DNA of 39,287 nt from the IMG/VR virus record IMGVR_UViG_3300045994_000087; one strand, 5' to 3'. This DNA is from a virus. Of this stretch, positions 30,898-38,758 are shown piece after piece (position 1 is the first letter of the stretch; every line of letters begins with the position of its first letter). Made by a program: the position numbers and the translations under genes. The notes below the pieces were generated by a model. The model saw only the letters and a list, made by a program, of their open reading frames with translations. It did not search any database and was not told the origin of the DNA.

Positions 30898-31094
30898 TTG
30901 CATTCTCCATCATATGGAGGCCAGCCGGTACGATCGTTAGCCGGTACGCCTTTGGCAGCCTCAGCATGCCACATAGCAACCATAGCGCAGTAGTGGTCAT
31001 GCTGATCCTCAGCGTCCTCAGCATCGAAGTGGCCAACGACTCCAATCAAGACGACGAGAAGGGCAGCCAATGCCGCCTTGTTCAATGTGCTCAT
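30894..31094 (-). CDS. Small membrane or secreted protein (66 aa)
   Basis: Track ORF 30894..31148. ATG 31094 lies just after the upstream stop and gives MSTLNKAALAALLVVLIGVVGHFDAED..., an N-terminal hydrophobic helix. Confidence 0.55.
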   Translation of the reverse strand: MSTLNKAALAALLVVLIGVVGHFDAEDAEDQHDHYCAMVAMWHAEAAKGVPANDRTGWPPYDGECK

Positions 31095-31096
31095 GA

Positions 31097-31528
31097 TCAG
31101 GCTTCTTTGGGGAGCAGACCAGTGCGCTTCATTTCGCAGCGATACCACGTTGGGTAGTGCTTCTTAGAATCATCAAGGTTGAACTGCTGTTTGAGAGTTT
31201 CCCAGACCTCTTGGTTGGTCTTGCCAGACAGGATCAGTTCACGCGCTGTTGCAGAGATACCAAGTTTCTTTGGCTTGGCTTCAACAACTGGGTCGATAGC
31301 ACGACGACCAGCCTTCACAACTTTTGGCTCTTTGGCTGCAACAGGCTTGGCTTCAGCCTTAGGTGCAGGGGTTTTCAACGACTCGAGGTGGGCAGCTGCA
31401 GCACCAAGGTTGCACTCGAACTTGTCGCCCACCTTTGTGATAAACAGGTTGTAGTCACGAGCTTGAAGGCCGAGCTTACGCAAGGCGGAAGTGGCAGAGT
31501 CACGGGCGGTGTAGGTCTTGGTTGTCAT
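31097..31528 (-). CDS. Hypothetical protein (143 aa) with a K/A/P-rich linker and a C-terminal domain paralogous to 30006..30665
   Basis: Track ORF 31097..31567. ATG 31528 has a GAGGA 8 nt upstream and fits the promoter at 31586-31614. The sequence includes AGRRAIDPVVEAKPKK...LILSGKTNQEVWETLKQQFNLDDSKKHYPTWYRCEMKRTG. Confidence 0.65.
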   Translation of the reverse strand: MTTKTYTARDSATSALRKLGLQARDYNLFITKVGDKFECNLGAAAAHLESLKTPAPKAEAKPVAAKEPKVVKAGRRAIDPVVEAKPKKLGISATARELILSGKTNQEVWETLKQQFNLDDSKKHYPTWYRCEMKRTGLLPKEA

Positions 31529-31536
31529 GATGTGGT

Positions 31537-31637
31537 CCTCAGCAAGGTTTGTTCGAACAAGCACCATTGCGTTGTTCGTGATTAGATTTTAGTGTATCAC
31601 GATGGGTTTGTAAACACCTATTTTCAACTTATTGCAA
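31537..31637 (-). promoter_or_regulatory. Promoter-leader-RBS cassette, copy B (homologous to 546..643)
   Basis: See copy A. The 32-bp perfect core is at 31606..31637. Here too the upstream gene's stop codon lies 1-2 nt beyond the core. Confidence 0.8.
31586..31614 (-). promoter_or_regulatory. Sigma70-like promoter
   Basis: Minus strand reads TTTACA (31614-31609), a 17-nt spacer, then TAAAAT (31591-31586). Confidence 0.6.
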
Positions 31638-31638
31638 C

Positions 31639-33114
31639 TTATTTGCGCAATTTTTTGAGTGCATCAAACAAAGCATTCTGGCCACGGCGCTTCGACTTCA
31701 CAGCGGCAAGCACCACTTCGTCGATTGTCCCACGCGCCATGATATGATGGCAGAAGACTTTCTTGGCCTTGTTGCCCTGGCGAAGAACGCGGCGAATGAA
31801 CTGATCATAAAGCTCGTAGTCCCAAGTCATTGAGTGCCAGCAAACATGGTTGCCCATCTCTTGCAGGTTCAGACCGTGTGCCATGGCCTGAGGATGTCCA
31901 AGTAATACAGGCAACTTACCAGCGTTCCAGAGCTTCTCTAATTCAGCTGAACGGGCAGCAGAGACTCCACCGCCGATGTACGGCACATCTTGGCCAAGTT
32001 TCTCACGCAAGCGATCAAGGTCATGCGCAAAGTCGTAGGCCACAAGGAGCGGGCTGCCTTGCAGTTCATCAATCAGGTCGGCCAGGGCATCAACCTTCTC
32101 AGTGTGCAGGTTCACCCACTCACGACTTGACTTGGGCAGCTTGATCAGTGCCTGAACCTCAGGGTCGAGGTAGAGACCACCATTGGCCACCTGTCTGCAC
32201 TTCATAGATGCAGCTGCTGCAGTACTAGCCACCACGATTTTTGAGTCGATCTTGGCGATCAGGTCTTCTTCGAGTTGGTTGTACATCACCATGACGTTGT
32301 CAGGCAGGTCAACACGGATGTTGTTCTCAATGAGGGCGGGCATGTCAAGGTAGTCGTCAGCCGCCATGCGCAAAGCAAGTGGACTGATGCGCTCGTAGAT
32401 CTCGTCCTCAGCACCTTCACGGATGTTCCAACTGAAGCCGTCATGACTTGGCACAAAGTACTTCATGCGGTAGTGGCTGATGTACGGACCCAGTGTGCGG
32501 CCTTGATCAATGATGAAGCACTGGCCAAACAGATCCAGCAGGCCATTAGATGCAGGCGAACCAGTTAGACCCCAGCGACGACGGAAGGTGTTCAGTACCA
32601 GCTTCAGACCTTTGAAGCGGTTGGTGTTGGTGTGCTTGAACTTGGACAGCTCATCGACAACCAGCGTGTCGAAGCCCAGATTCTTGAAGCGTCGCAGATC
32701 GACGTCGGCCTTTGTCTTGCCCTGCGCAGTCTTGGTCTTTTTGGCTTGTAGGAGCCAGTCTAGGCCCTCAGGATTGATAATGTAGATGTCTGCCTCAGAC
32801 TTCAACGCCTCTTCCTTCTTGGGGCCATGCAGCACTGCTACCTTGAGTCCCCCAAAGTCAGTCCACTTGCTGACTTCCTTTGGCCATACACTGTAGCAGA
32901 CGCGGAGTGGTGCTATGAGCAAGACCTTGTCCAGCAGCTTCTTCTGCTTGAGTAACTTGATTGCTGCCAGCGTGATGCTAGTCTTGCCCAGGCCTGGATC
33001 CAAGAACAGCGCAGATGCTGCGTGCTCGAGCAAGAATTTGACGGCTTTCTTTTGATAGGCGTGTGGTTGCCACGGCTTCGATGACGGAGTAAAAAGCTCG
33101 GATTGCATTGTCAT
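31639..33114 (-). CDS. SNF2-family (SF2) helicase
   Basis: Track ORF of 491 aa. Motif I is LDPGLGKTS, motif II is VVDELSKFK and motif III is LTGSPASNG. The C-terminal helicase lobe has HPQAMAHGLNLQ and ARGTIDEVV. Confidence 0.85.
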   Translation of the reverse strand: MTMQSELFTPSSKPWQPHAYQKKAVKFLLEHAASALFLDPGLGKTSITLAAIKLLKQKKLLDKVLLIAPLRVCYSVWPKEVSKWTDFGGLKVAVLHGPKKEEALKSEADIYIINPEGLDWLLQAKKTKTAQGKTKADVDLRRFKNLGFDTLVVDELSKFKHTNTNRFKGLKLVLNTFRRRWGLTGSPASNGLLDLFGQCFIIDQGRTLGPYISHYRMKYFVPSHDGFSWNIREGAEDEIYERISPLALRMAADDYLDMPALIENNIRVDLPDNVMVMYNQLEEDLIAKIDSKIVVASTAAAASMKCRQVANGGLYLDPEVQALIKLPKSSREWVNLHTEKVDALADLIDELQGSPLLVAYDFAHDLDRLREKLGQDVPYIGGGVSAARSAELEKLWNAGKLPVLLGHPQAMAHGLNLQEMGNHVCWHSMTWDYELYDQFIRRVLRQGNKAKKVFCHHIMARGTIDEVVLAAVKSKRRGQNALFDALKKLRK

Positions 33115-33352
33115 GTACCTCTACTTGGTAGCCCAACTGTTTGAGTTGAGCATGGATGTGTTCTTGTTTTGGCTCAGGTTCTTCACCAGGCCGCTTAAAC
33201 TCAATCAACAACGGACGACCACCAGGTATCCAGAAGATTCGGTCTGGATACCCTGTGTCGCCCGGTGTCACGAGTTTTGAGCCGACGATCCCAAGATGTT
33301 TCCATACTAGATCGACAGCCCACTTCTCAATTTGTGACTCAAGGAGTCGCAT
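32978..33352 (-). CDS. VRR-NUC domain nuclease (PD-(D/E)XK fold)
   Basis: Track ORF 32978..33355 starts at a TTG. ATG 33352 overlaps the TraR stop as TGATG. GYPDRIFWIPGGRPLLIEFKRPGEEPEPKQEHIHAQLKQLGYQVEV fits the VRR-NUC D...E-x-K...Q pattern. The last 137 nt overlap the SNF2 gene. Confidence 0.75.
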   Translation of the reverse strand: MRLLESQIEKWAVDLVWKHLGIVGSKLVTPGDTGYPDRIFWIPGGRPLLIEFKRPGEEPEPKQEHIHAQLKQLGYQVEVHDNAIRAFYSVIEAVATTRLSKESRQILARARSICAVLGSRPGQD

Positions 33353-33585
33353 CAACCGCGACCTTTCTTTTCAGCCACTGATTGGCAGTGTACGCACCGC
33401 ACTCGCCCCATTTCAATTCTCTCTTCTGGAATAGCTTCACTACAATCAAAGCACGTTTCACCATCCCATGAGGCAAACTGCACGAGGTCACTCTGCCTAG
33501 TTCTAGCCTTGGCGATTTGGTTGTCAACTTGTGCGGCAACCAATCGTTCAGCCATCTCCAAGGTCTTGTCGTTTAGCCTAGACAT
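33352..33585 (-). CDS. TraR/DksA-family C4 zinc-finger protein
   Basis: Track ORF of 77 aa. CFDCSEAIPEERIEMGRVRCVHCQSVAE has CxxC-x17-CxxC with the IPxxR motif. Confidence 0.75.
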   Translation of the reverse strand: MSRLNDKTLEMAERLVAAQVDNQIAKARTRQSDLVQFASWDGETCFDCSEAIPEERIEMGRVRCVHCQSVAEKKGRG

Positions 33586-34134
33586 TTATTTAACTCCACG
33601 CAAGTGCTTGAACACCTCTAATGCGTGAGCAGCTTGTGTCTTGGCATCATCTAAAGCATTGTGATACACGCCACCACGTTGGACCTTGATCGATGGTGCC
33701 AGACCCTTGAGTGTCCGGTAGCAGCGGTTGTTCCAGAAGTCCCAACCTGCTGTCATATTGGCTGCAGCATAGCAGTTGATGAGGATGGCATTGTCAAAGT
33801 CAGAACCATTGCCCCACACACGAACGGCCTTGGGGCCAAACTGGGAGAGGTAGGTATTGAACTCGGTCAGAGCCTTGGGAAGATCCTTGTTGCCACGCGC
33901 AGCACGAGCCTGCTTGAGGACCTTCTGAGCTTCAGGGTTCTGCTTCTCCCACCATGCCACGGTTTCAGGGTTTGTGTGCAGTCCATGCTTCTCACAGCTG
34001 GCCATCTTGACAACCACATAGAACTCTGGCCCCATCAGGCCGGTCTCAGCGTCAAAGGCCACTGCACCAATAGAGAGAACAGAACACCCGGCACGACGGC
34101 CCAGAGTCTCGAGGTCAACCATTACGTCTTTCAT
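33586..34134 (-). CDS. DEDD-type 3'-5' exonuclease (Rv2179c-like)
   Basis: Track ORF of 182 aa with motifs VDLETLG, GNGSDFDNAIL and YHNALDDAKTQA. Confidence 0.75.
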   Translation of the reverse strand: MKDVMVDLETLGRRAGCSVLSIGAVAFDAETGLMGPEFYVVVKMASCEKHGLHTNPETVAWWEKQNPEAQKVLKQARAARGNKDLPKALTEFNTYLSQFGPKAVRVWGNGSDFDNAILINCYAAANMTAGWDFWNNRCYRTLKGLAPSIKVQRGGVYHNALDDAKTQAAHALEVFKHLRGVK

Positions 34135-34205
34135 TTGTGAATCCTTTCGTTATTAACACAGTAAAGAATGAGAACTAACCAGCCACAAAGTGACATGGTG
34201 TTCCC

Positions 34206-34931
34206 TTAGTACTTACAAGGGCCGTTTTTGCTGGCACTGAAGAAGCACCAACGGCATTTGTCATTTGGACGCGGCGCAAAGGTCGTGTCGTTCATCATTG
34301 CCTTGGTGCGCTTGGCCCAGACCTTCTTGAGGCGGTCGATGTCCTTCGGTGTGAAGATCAGCGGCTTGTCAGCATCAGGGTAGACAGTGCCTTGATCAAG
34401 GTAGGCCAGACGAGGACGAACTTCCTTGAGGTGCGGGTGCAACAGGAGAGCCGCCAGTGCGTAGAGCTCGAGCTGTTCAACGTAGTCCTCATTCATTTCG
34501 GCGCGGAACTTCCCTGTCTTCCAGTCAGTCACAATGAGAATGTCGTCGCCTTCATGGTGCGCGCAATCCAGCTTAATGCGAACCCAGCAGTGAATCCAGT
34601 TATCCCACTCTGTCTCAGCCCAGTCCTTGGTGAATGACCAGTTGTCTTCGACCACCATGCCATTGATGGACTTCTTGAACTGCTTACGCAACGCCTTGAG
34701 TTCATCACCAAACAACTTCAGCTCCATCGGCAATGTGCGTCCCTTGCCCTTGATGTAGTCCTCAACCAGCGTGTGGATCGCAGCACCACGAGCCATGGCT
34801 GGGTTTGGCGGTTCTTTGATCTTGTCGATGTGCTTCAGCTTGAACTTCAGTGGGCATTGCTTGTAATCGCTGTACCGGCTGAATGACCAACTGGTGGCCC
34901 GCTCGATTGGAATAATTTTCTTGGTGGCCAT
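34206..34931 (-). CDS. PD-(D/E)XK exonuclease, Cas4/RecB-like, with a Cys cluster
   Basis: Track ORF of 241 aa. Features are YSDYKQCPLKFKL, ILIVTDWKTGK, EQLELYALA and a C-terminal CRWCFFSASKNGPC. This gives one N-terminal Cys plus three C-terminal Cys, as in Fe-S Cas4-like nucleases. Confidence 0.75.
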   Translation of the reverse strand: MATKKIIPIERATSWSFSRYSDYKQCPLKFKLKHIDKIKEPPNPAMARGAAIHTLVEDYIKGKGRTLPMELKLFGDELKALRKQFKKSINGMVVEDNWSFTKDWAETEWDNWIHCWVRIKLDCAHHEGDDILIVTDWKTGKFRAEMNEDYVEQLELYALAALLLHPHLKEVRPRLAYLDQGTVYPDADKPLIFTPKDIDRLKKVWAKRTKAMMNDTTFAPRPNDKCRWCFFSASKNGPCKY

Positions 34932-36847
34932 TAGAGCACCTTGCCTTTCTTGTCGTAGTCCTGGAGTTCATCCCAGTTGGTTGAGGAGATTGCTCCCTCG
35001 CTTAGTATGGAGACGTCGAACTCAACCGACTCCATTGTTTGACGCAGCACTTCCATTTCAGGCTTCAGGATCTTCTTTGGTACGCTGACCGTGACCTGGT
35101 CATGGACGTTGAGGACAATTCGTGCTGACGGGTGCTTGGCTGCATGATACCTGATCAAGGCCTCTTTGGTGCAGTCAGCAGCAGAACCTTGAATGAGCAC
35201 GTTGACCAGCTTGTAATCGAACTCACGGACACGGCCATCAATGAGCTTTGGCTCTTCACAGTAATACTCACGACCACCCCATGTGCGAATTGGCTCCTTA
35301 TTCTTGGCCCGCAACTTCATGTCTTGGTACATCTGCTTGAGCCCAGGGTACAGCTGCAAAATTGCCTTCTTCAACTCACTGGACTCTTCAACAGTCATGT
35401 CGTTGCGCTCAGCCAGTTTACCGACACCCATGCCGTAGATCAGACCAAGGTTGGTGTTCTTCACAGGTTTACGCTCGTAGAACTTTCCCATCTTGGCGAG
35501 CTCTGCCTTGGCGTAGTCGTGGAAGTCGATCCATGGATTTTCGACGTACTTGTCCATCAGGGCGCCACCGTCGAAGTGGGCCAAGATGCGAGGTTCTTGC
35601 TGCGAATAATCTCGATCGATGAAGACCTCACCTTTGAATGGCGTGATGTAGCTGCGCACTTTAGGCAGGGCGGGCAACACTTCTTTGAACGGAGACTTGG
35701 GCAACTTCTTGGCTGGATCCTCGTGGTGGAAGATGGCCGCGAACTCTTTGGGGATGTTTTGGAAGTTCGGCGTGCTAGACAGTCGGCCAGTTCGCGTTCC
35801 AACATTGTGGTCACCAGACGGAGACTTGATTTGGTTCCAGGTTGTGAAGATCAGACCACCAGACGCGTTGGCCGTTGCAAGCCATGGCTGCATGAAGGTG
35901 TTCAAACAGGTGTTGAGCTGTGTCCTGTACTTAAGGACAGCCAGCAGAACCTTGTCAGTCACTCCTTGCAGCAGAGCTTCCTTGTTCGTTTGGAACTTGC
36001 CTGTCGGTGTCTTGGGCAGCAGATCAGGATCGGCTTTGCCAGCATCAACCATGGCAGCCACAAGTTGGGCACCTGAATCGAGGTTGATGTCTGCGTCTGC
36101 CTTGAGGGTCTTGATGATCCATGCATCGATCTTGATACGCCACTCGTTGTACATGACCACATCATCAGCTAAGCGCTTGTGGTCCATCTGAAGACCTTGG
36201 CGCTCCATCTCAAGCAGGATGGGCATGAGTTTGCGCTCACGGTCGTAGGAGACCAGCATGTCGCGGCCAACAGTCTTCTTCCATAGCAAGTTAAAAATGG
36301 ACTCAGTGCGCTCGACGTCACCGTTGGCGTACTTGCCGACAAGGTCACCAGGTGCATAGGCGATGTACCGACCGAAGTAGTGCTCAGACGACTTGCTCTT
36401 GCTGATCTTGACGCCTTTGACCGGCTGATTGGCAATGAGCCATTCACCGACAGCATCTTGCTCATCAGCAGGAAGGCCAAGCAGCCGAGTGGCTGATGGC
36501 TTCAGGCCAAGCTCCATCTGGTGCGGATCATCGAGGAATAGCAGGAACATGGTGTCATGGATCTTGTCCCATGCAGGGATAGGCAGACCAAAGTGCTCTT
36601 CAGCCACATCGACGTCGAACTTGCCATTCTGAAAGAGGACGCCTTCCTTGTGTGCCCATGCCTTCTTCAGCTCAGCAGCTCCGTCTGACCAGCAGCAGTT
36701 GTTGCCAGTAGGGTGTCCCCAAGCGTAGTACTTTGACTTCTTGCCAGGGTACTTGATGGACACACCGACAGGCATTGGAGGGTACTTTGGTCTGCCCTCG
36801 ATGCCGAAGGTTTCAAAGTCCACAGTGACCGGGTTTGGTTGCTTCAT
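34931..36847 (-). CDS. Family A DNA polymerase with a 3'-5' exonuclease domain
   Basis: Track ORF of 638 aa. Exo I is VTVDFETFG and Exo II is NGKFDVDV. Motif A is DRDYSQQEPRILAH, motif B is RKPVKNTNLGLIYGMG and motif C is LNVHDQV. Confidence 0.9.
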   Translation of the reverse strand: MKQPNPVTVDFETFGIEGRPKYPPMPVGVSIKYPGKKSKYYAWGHPTGNNCCWSDGAAELKKAWAHKEGVLFQNGKFDVDVAEEHFGLPIPAWDKIHDTMFLLFLDDPHQMELGLKPSATRLLGLPADEQDAVGEWLIANQPVKGVKISKSKSSEHYFGRYIAYAPGDLVGKYANGDVERTESIFNLLWKKTVGRDMLVSYDRERKLMPILLEMERQGLQMDHKRLADDVVMYNEWRIKIDAWIIKTLKADADINLDSGAQLVAAMVDAGKADPDLLPKTPTGKFQTNKEALLQGVTDKVLLAVLKYRTQLNTCLNTFMQPWLATANASGGLIFTTWNQIKSPSGDHNVGTRTGRLSSTPNFQNIPKEFAAIFHHEDPAKKLPKSPFKEVLPALPKVRSYITPFKGEVFIDRDYSQQEPRILAHFDGGALMDKYVENPWIDFHDYAKAELAKMGKFYERKPVKNTNLGLIYGMGVGKLAERNDMTVEESSELKKAILQLYPGLKQMYQDMKLRAKNKEPIRTWGGREYYCEEPKLIDGRVREFDYKLVNVLIQGSAADCTKEALIRYHAAKHPSARIVLNVHDQVTVSVPKKILKPEMEVLRQTMESVEFDVSILSEGAISSTNWDELQDYDKKGKVL

Positions 36848-37050
36848 ACCTGTGCTCCAAGTTCCAGGCGTTCACGGTCTGCGCGGACCTTGTTCAGTCG
36901 GCTGTGAATGCGCTTGATGAACTGCTTGCGCTTGCGGCCCTTAAGTTCCTCCTTGAGGAGGACTTGGCACACAGGCTCATCAGCATCACGCAGGATGTCA
37001 TTCAGAGCTAGCCAAGACTGGAGCGCTGGGTTCGTCACTAACTTCTTCAT
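36844..37050 (-). CDS. Hypothetical protein (68 aa)
   Basis: Track ORF. A GGAG lies 9 nt upstream. Its stop forms an ATGA overlap with the polymerase start. Confidence 0.6.
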   Translation of the reverse strand: MKKLVTNPALQSWLALNDILRDADEPVCQVLLKEELKGRKRKQFIKRIHSRLNKVRADRERLELGAQV

Positions 37051-37068
37051 AATTGTTGCTCCTGAGTC

Positions 37069-37111
37069 AAAAAAAAGGCCCGGCGGCCAAGGGTTAGTTC
37101 AGCACGCCGGG
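37069..37111 (-). terminator. Intrinsic terminator after the 283-aa gene
   Basis: Minus strand reads CCCGGCG...CGCCGGG (37111..37079), with an inner GGCC-GCCG-GGCC hairpin, followed by a run of eight T (plus-strand A8 at 37069-37076). Confidence 0.7.
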
Positions 37112-37128
37112 TAAGTCTCCTGCAAGGA

Positions 37129-37980
37129 TCAGTACTTGCGTGTGGAACCGCGCTTAGCCGCAGGTTTAGCCACAGGTTTTGCTGCTGGCTTTGCTGCTGG
37201 CTTTGCTGAGGCACGACTGCCCCGCTTAGGAGCCGGTGCGACTTCTTCTGCAGGTTGGTACGGGAAGTCGATGGTCGACTTTGCTTCTTCATGGCGTTGC
37301 ATGATGGCACTCATGAACTCGTCAGGGATGTTCATGATCGGCTCGAAGACAACCTTGAACTGGGTCTTCGGATCAGGCACAACCTTGACCTTGGTCACGA
37401 TGCCAAATGGAGGACGGCGCAGAGCACCAGCTACCTGCTTGACAAAGCTGGCGTAACCCTTGACAGATGTGACCGGCAGCTTCATAAAGCCAATGGCTGT
37501 CGAAGCGAAGTGGTCCTCATCTTCAAACATCACGAACTTGCCTGCTTGGTCGAAGTTACCTGCTGGGATCATCGCCAGACGACGAGTCTCACGAGCAGCT
37601 TTGCCGCGACCGGTATCAGAAGAGCCCCATTCGCAGACCTCGCTTTCACTGCACAGTTGGCCAGCAAATTCAGGGTCTGAGTTCTCGTGCCATGTCATGG
37701 TCTTCTCATCACGGCCGAACGCAAAAGCAGTCGGTGTCTGAGGAGTGTCCGGATCATATTTGCCTTCGTAGTAGGTGGTCTCGAAGATGCTGTCCAAGAT
37801 GACGACTGCCATCTGGTTGCCAGGCAACGGAGCATCTTGCCAGGACAGGATGCCACCTTTGGCGCTGAAGAATTGCCCGCCTCCAGTGTTGGCTTCCATG
37901 CCGGCAGCGACTTCAGCTTGTTTGGCGAGTTCTTCATCCCAACGGACGAGGGCGGTGGTTTGTGGTTTCTTAGTTGCCAT
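37129..37980 (-). CDS. Conserved early protein (283 aa) with an (AKPA)n basic C-terminal tail; possible DNA-binding or SSB-like role
   Basis: Track ORF. An AAGGAA RBS is present and a strong terminator follows. The C-terminus is SAKPAAKPAAKPVAKPAAKRGSTRKY. I recognised no catalytic motif, so the functional guess is by position only. Confidence 0.6.
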   Translation of the reverse strand: MATKKPQTTALVRWDEELAKQAEVAAGMEANTGGGQFFSAKGGILSWQDAPLPGNQMAVVILDSIFETTYYEGKYDPDTPQTPTAFAFGRDEKTMTWHENSDPEFAGQLCSESEVCEWGSSDTGRGKAARETRRLAMIPAGNFDQAGKFVMFEDEDHFASTAIGFMKLPVTSVKGYASFVKQVAGALRRPPFGIVTKVKVVPDPKTQFKVVFEPIMNIPDEFMSAIMQRHEEAKSTIDFPYQPAEEVAPAPKRGSRASAKPAAKPAAKPVAKPAAKRGSTRKY

Positions 37981-38063
37981 GATAATGGTTCCTTAGTAGT
38001 TAGTAACGAGTGCACGGAGTTGAAAGATCAGAACCTTGCGCCGTGCCCCAAGATCCTGATTGG

Positions 38064-38459
38064 TTAAACTTTGTTGATGGAGACGGACACAGCGTTGAAG
38101 TGCTCAACGCCTGGAACTTCCTTGCCTGCTTCCCAACGCTCTTTGATGGCCACGTCAGTCAGGCGCTTTTGCATGAGGTCAAAACTGCCAGTCTTCTTGA
38201 CATACTTGTAGAAGGCTTCCCAGTCCTTGACCTGAGGAACCTGCTTGGTCACAACAGTGACGCGGGCCAGCTTACCAGCCACACCAGACGCTTCGGACTT
38301 TGGCAGGTTATCGATGATGTGGTTCTTGAGGGCGGTCTCTTCAGACGTGATCTCGTCAACCTTCTTTTGTTCGGTCAGGCGCTTGTTGCGCAGCTCGAAC
38401 AGTTTATCCGCGCAGGCGCCGAGCGCCTTGGGGAACTTGTATTTAACTTCTGTTGCCAT
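38064..38459 (-). CDS. Hypothetical protein (131 aa)
   Basis: Track ORF. An AAGGAG RBS is present. The N-terminal half is coiled-coil-like. Confidence 0.6.
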   Translation of the reverse strand: MATEVKYKFPKALGACADKLFELRNKRLTEQKKVDEITSEETALKNHIIDNLPKSEASGVAGKLARVTVVTKQVPQVKDWEAFYKYVKKTGSFDLMQKRLTDVAIKERWEAGKEVPGVEHFNAVSVSINKV

Positions 38460-38486
38460 TTGATAACTCCTTAGTAATGTTGATGA

Positions 38487-38711
38487 TTAGCCGCCAGTTT
38501 TAACCCAGTACTTTCCTTGCTCGGTATATTCCTGACCAAGACCAGTACCAAGCTTTCCAATCCCAGGTCCAAGATTGAAACATGTTTTGCACATGTGTGC
38601 CCAAGGACCACGTTTTGTTTTGGCGTCGTAGAAAACCTCGTTGATCGGTCCATCACACGTCTCACAAAATCCAGGAACTGGACTAATCCAGCGTAGTTGC
38701 GTTTTAGACAT
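38487..38711 (-). CDS. Zinc-ribbon protein (74 aa)
   Basis: Track ORF 38487..38762. ATG 38711 has an AAGGAG 8 nt upstream and gives MSKTQLRWISPVPGFCETCDGPINEVFYDAKTKRGPWAHMCKTCF, with CxxC...CxxC. Confidence 0.65.
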   Translation of the reverse strand: MSKTQLRWISPVPGFCETCDGPINEVFYDAKTKRGPWAHMCKTCFNLGPGIGKLGTGLGQEYTEQGKYWVKTGG

Positions 38712-38758
38712 TTTATAACTCCTTAACAAGGTTTGTTGTGGTCGTTGACCGCAGGATG

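Noticed and set aside
34131-34196. 21-aa ORF MSLCGWLVLILYCVNNERIHK in the gap between the Cas4-like gene and the exonuclease, with an AAGGGA RBS and an ATGA overlap
   Set aside because: It is too short to support from sequence alone, and the same bases carry the RBS of the exonuclease gene. I kept it only as a note. Ribosome profiling would decide.
30665-37980. Several early proteins begin MATKK / MATTRKK / MATEVK (starts at 37980, 34931, 30665, 5765 and 38459), which suggested a shared N-terminal domain
   Set aside because: Similarity is limited to the first 4-6 residues. It most likely reflects a preferred translation-initiation context (ATGGCAAC-AAGAAA) rather than homology.
38011-38059. 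Imperfect hairpins (tcagaaccttg/caagatcctga and gcacgg/ccgtgc) between the 131-aa and 283-aa genes as a terminator
   Set aside because: The stems contain mismatches and compete with each other. No T-run follows on the minus strand.
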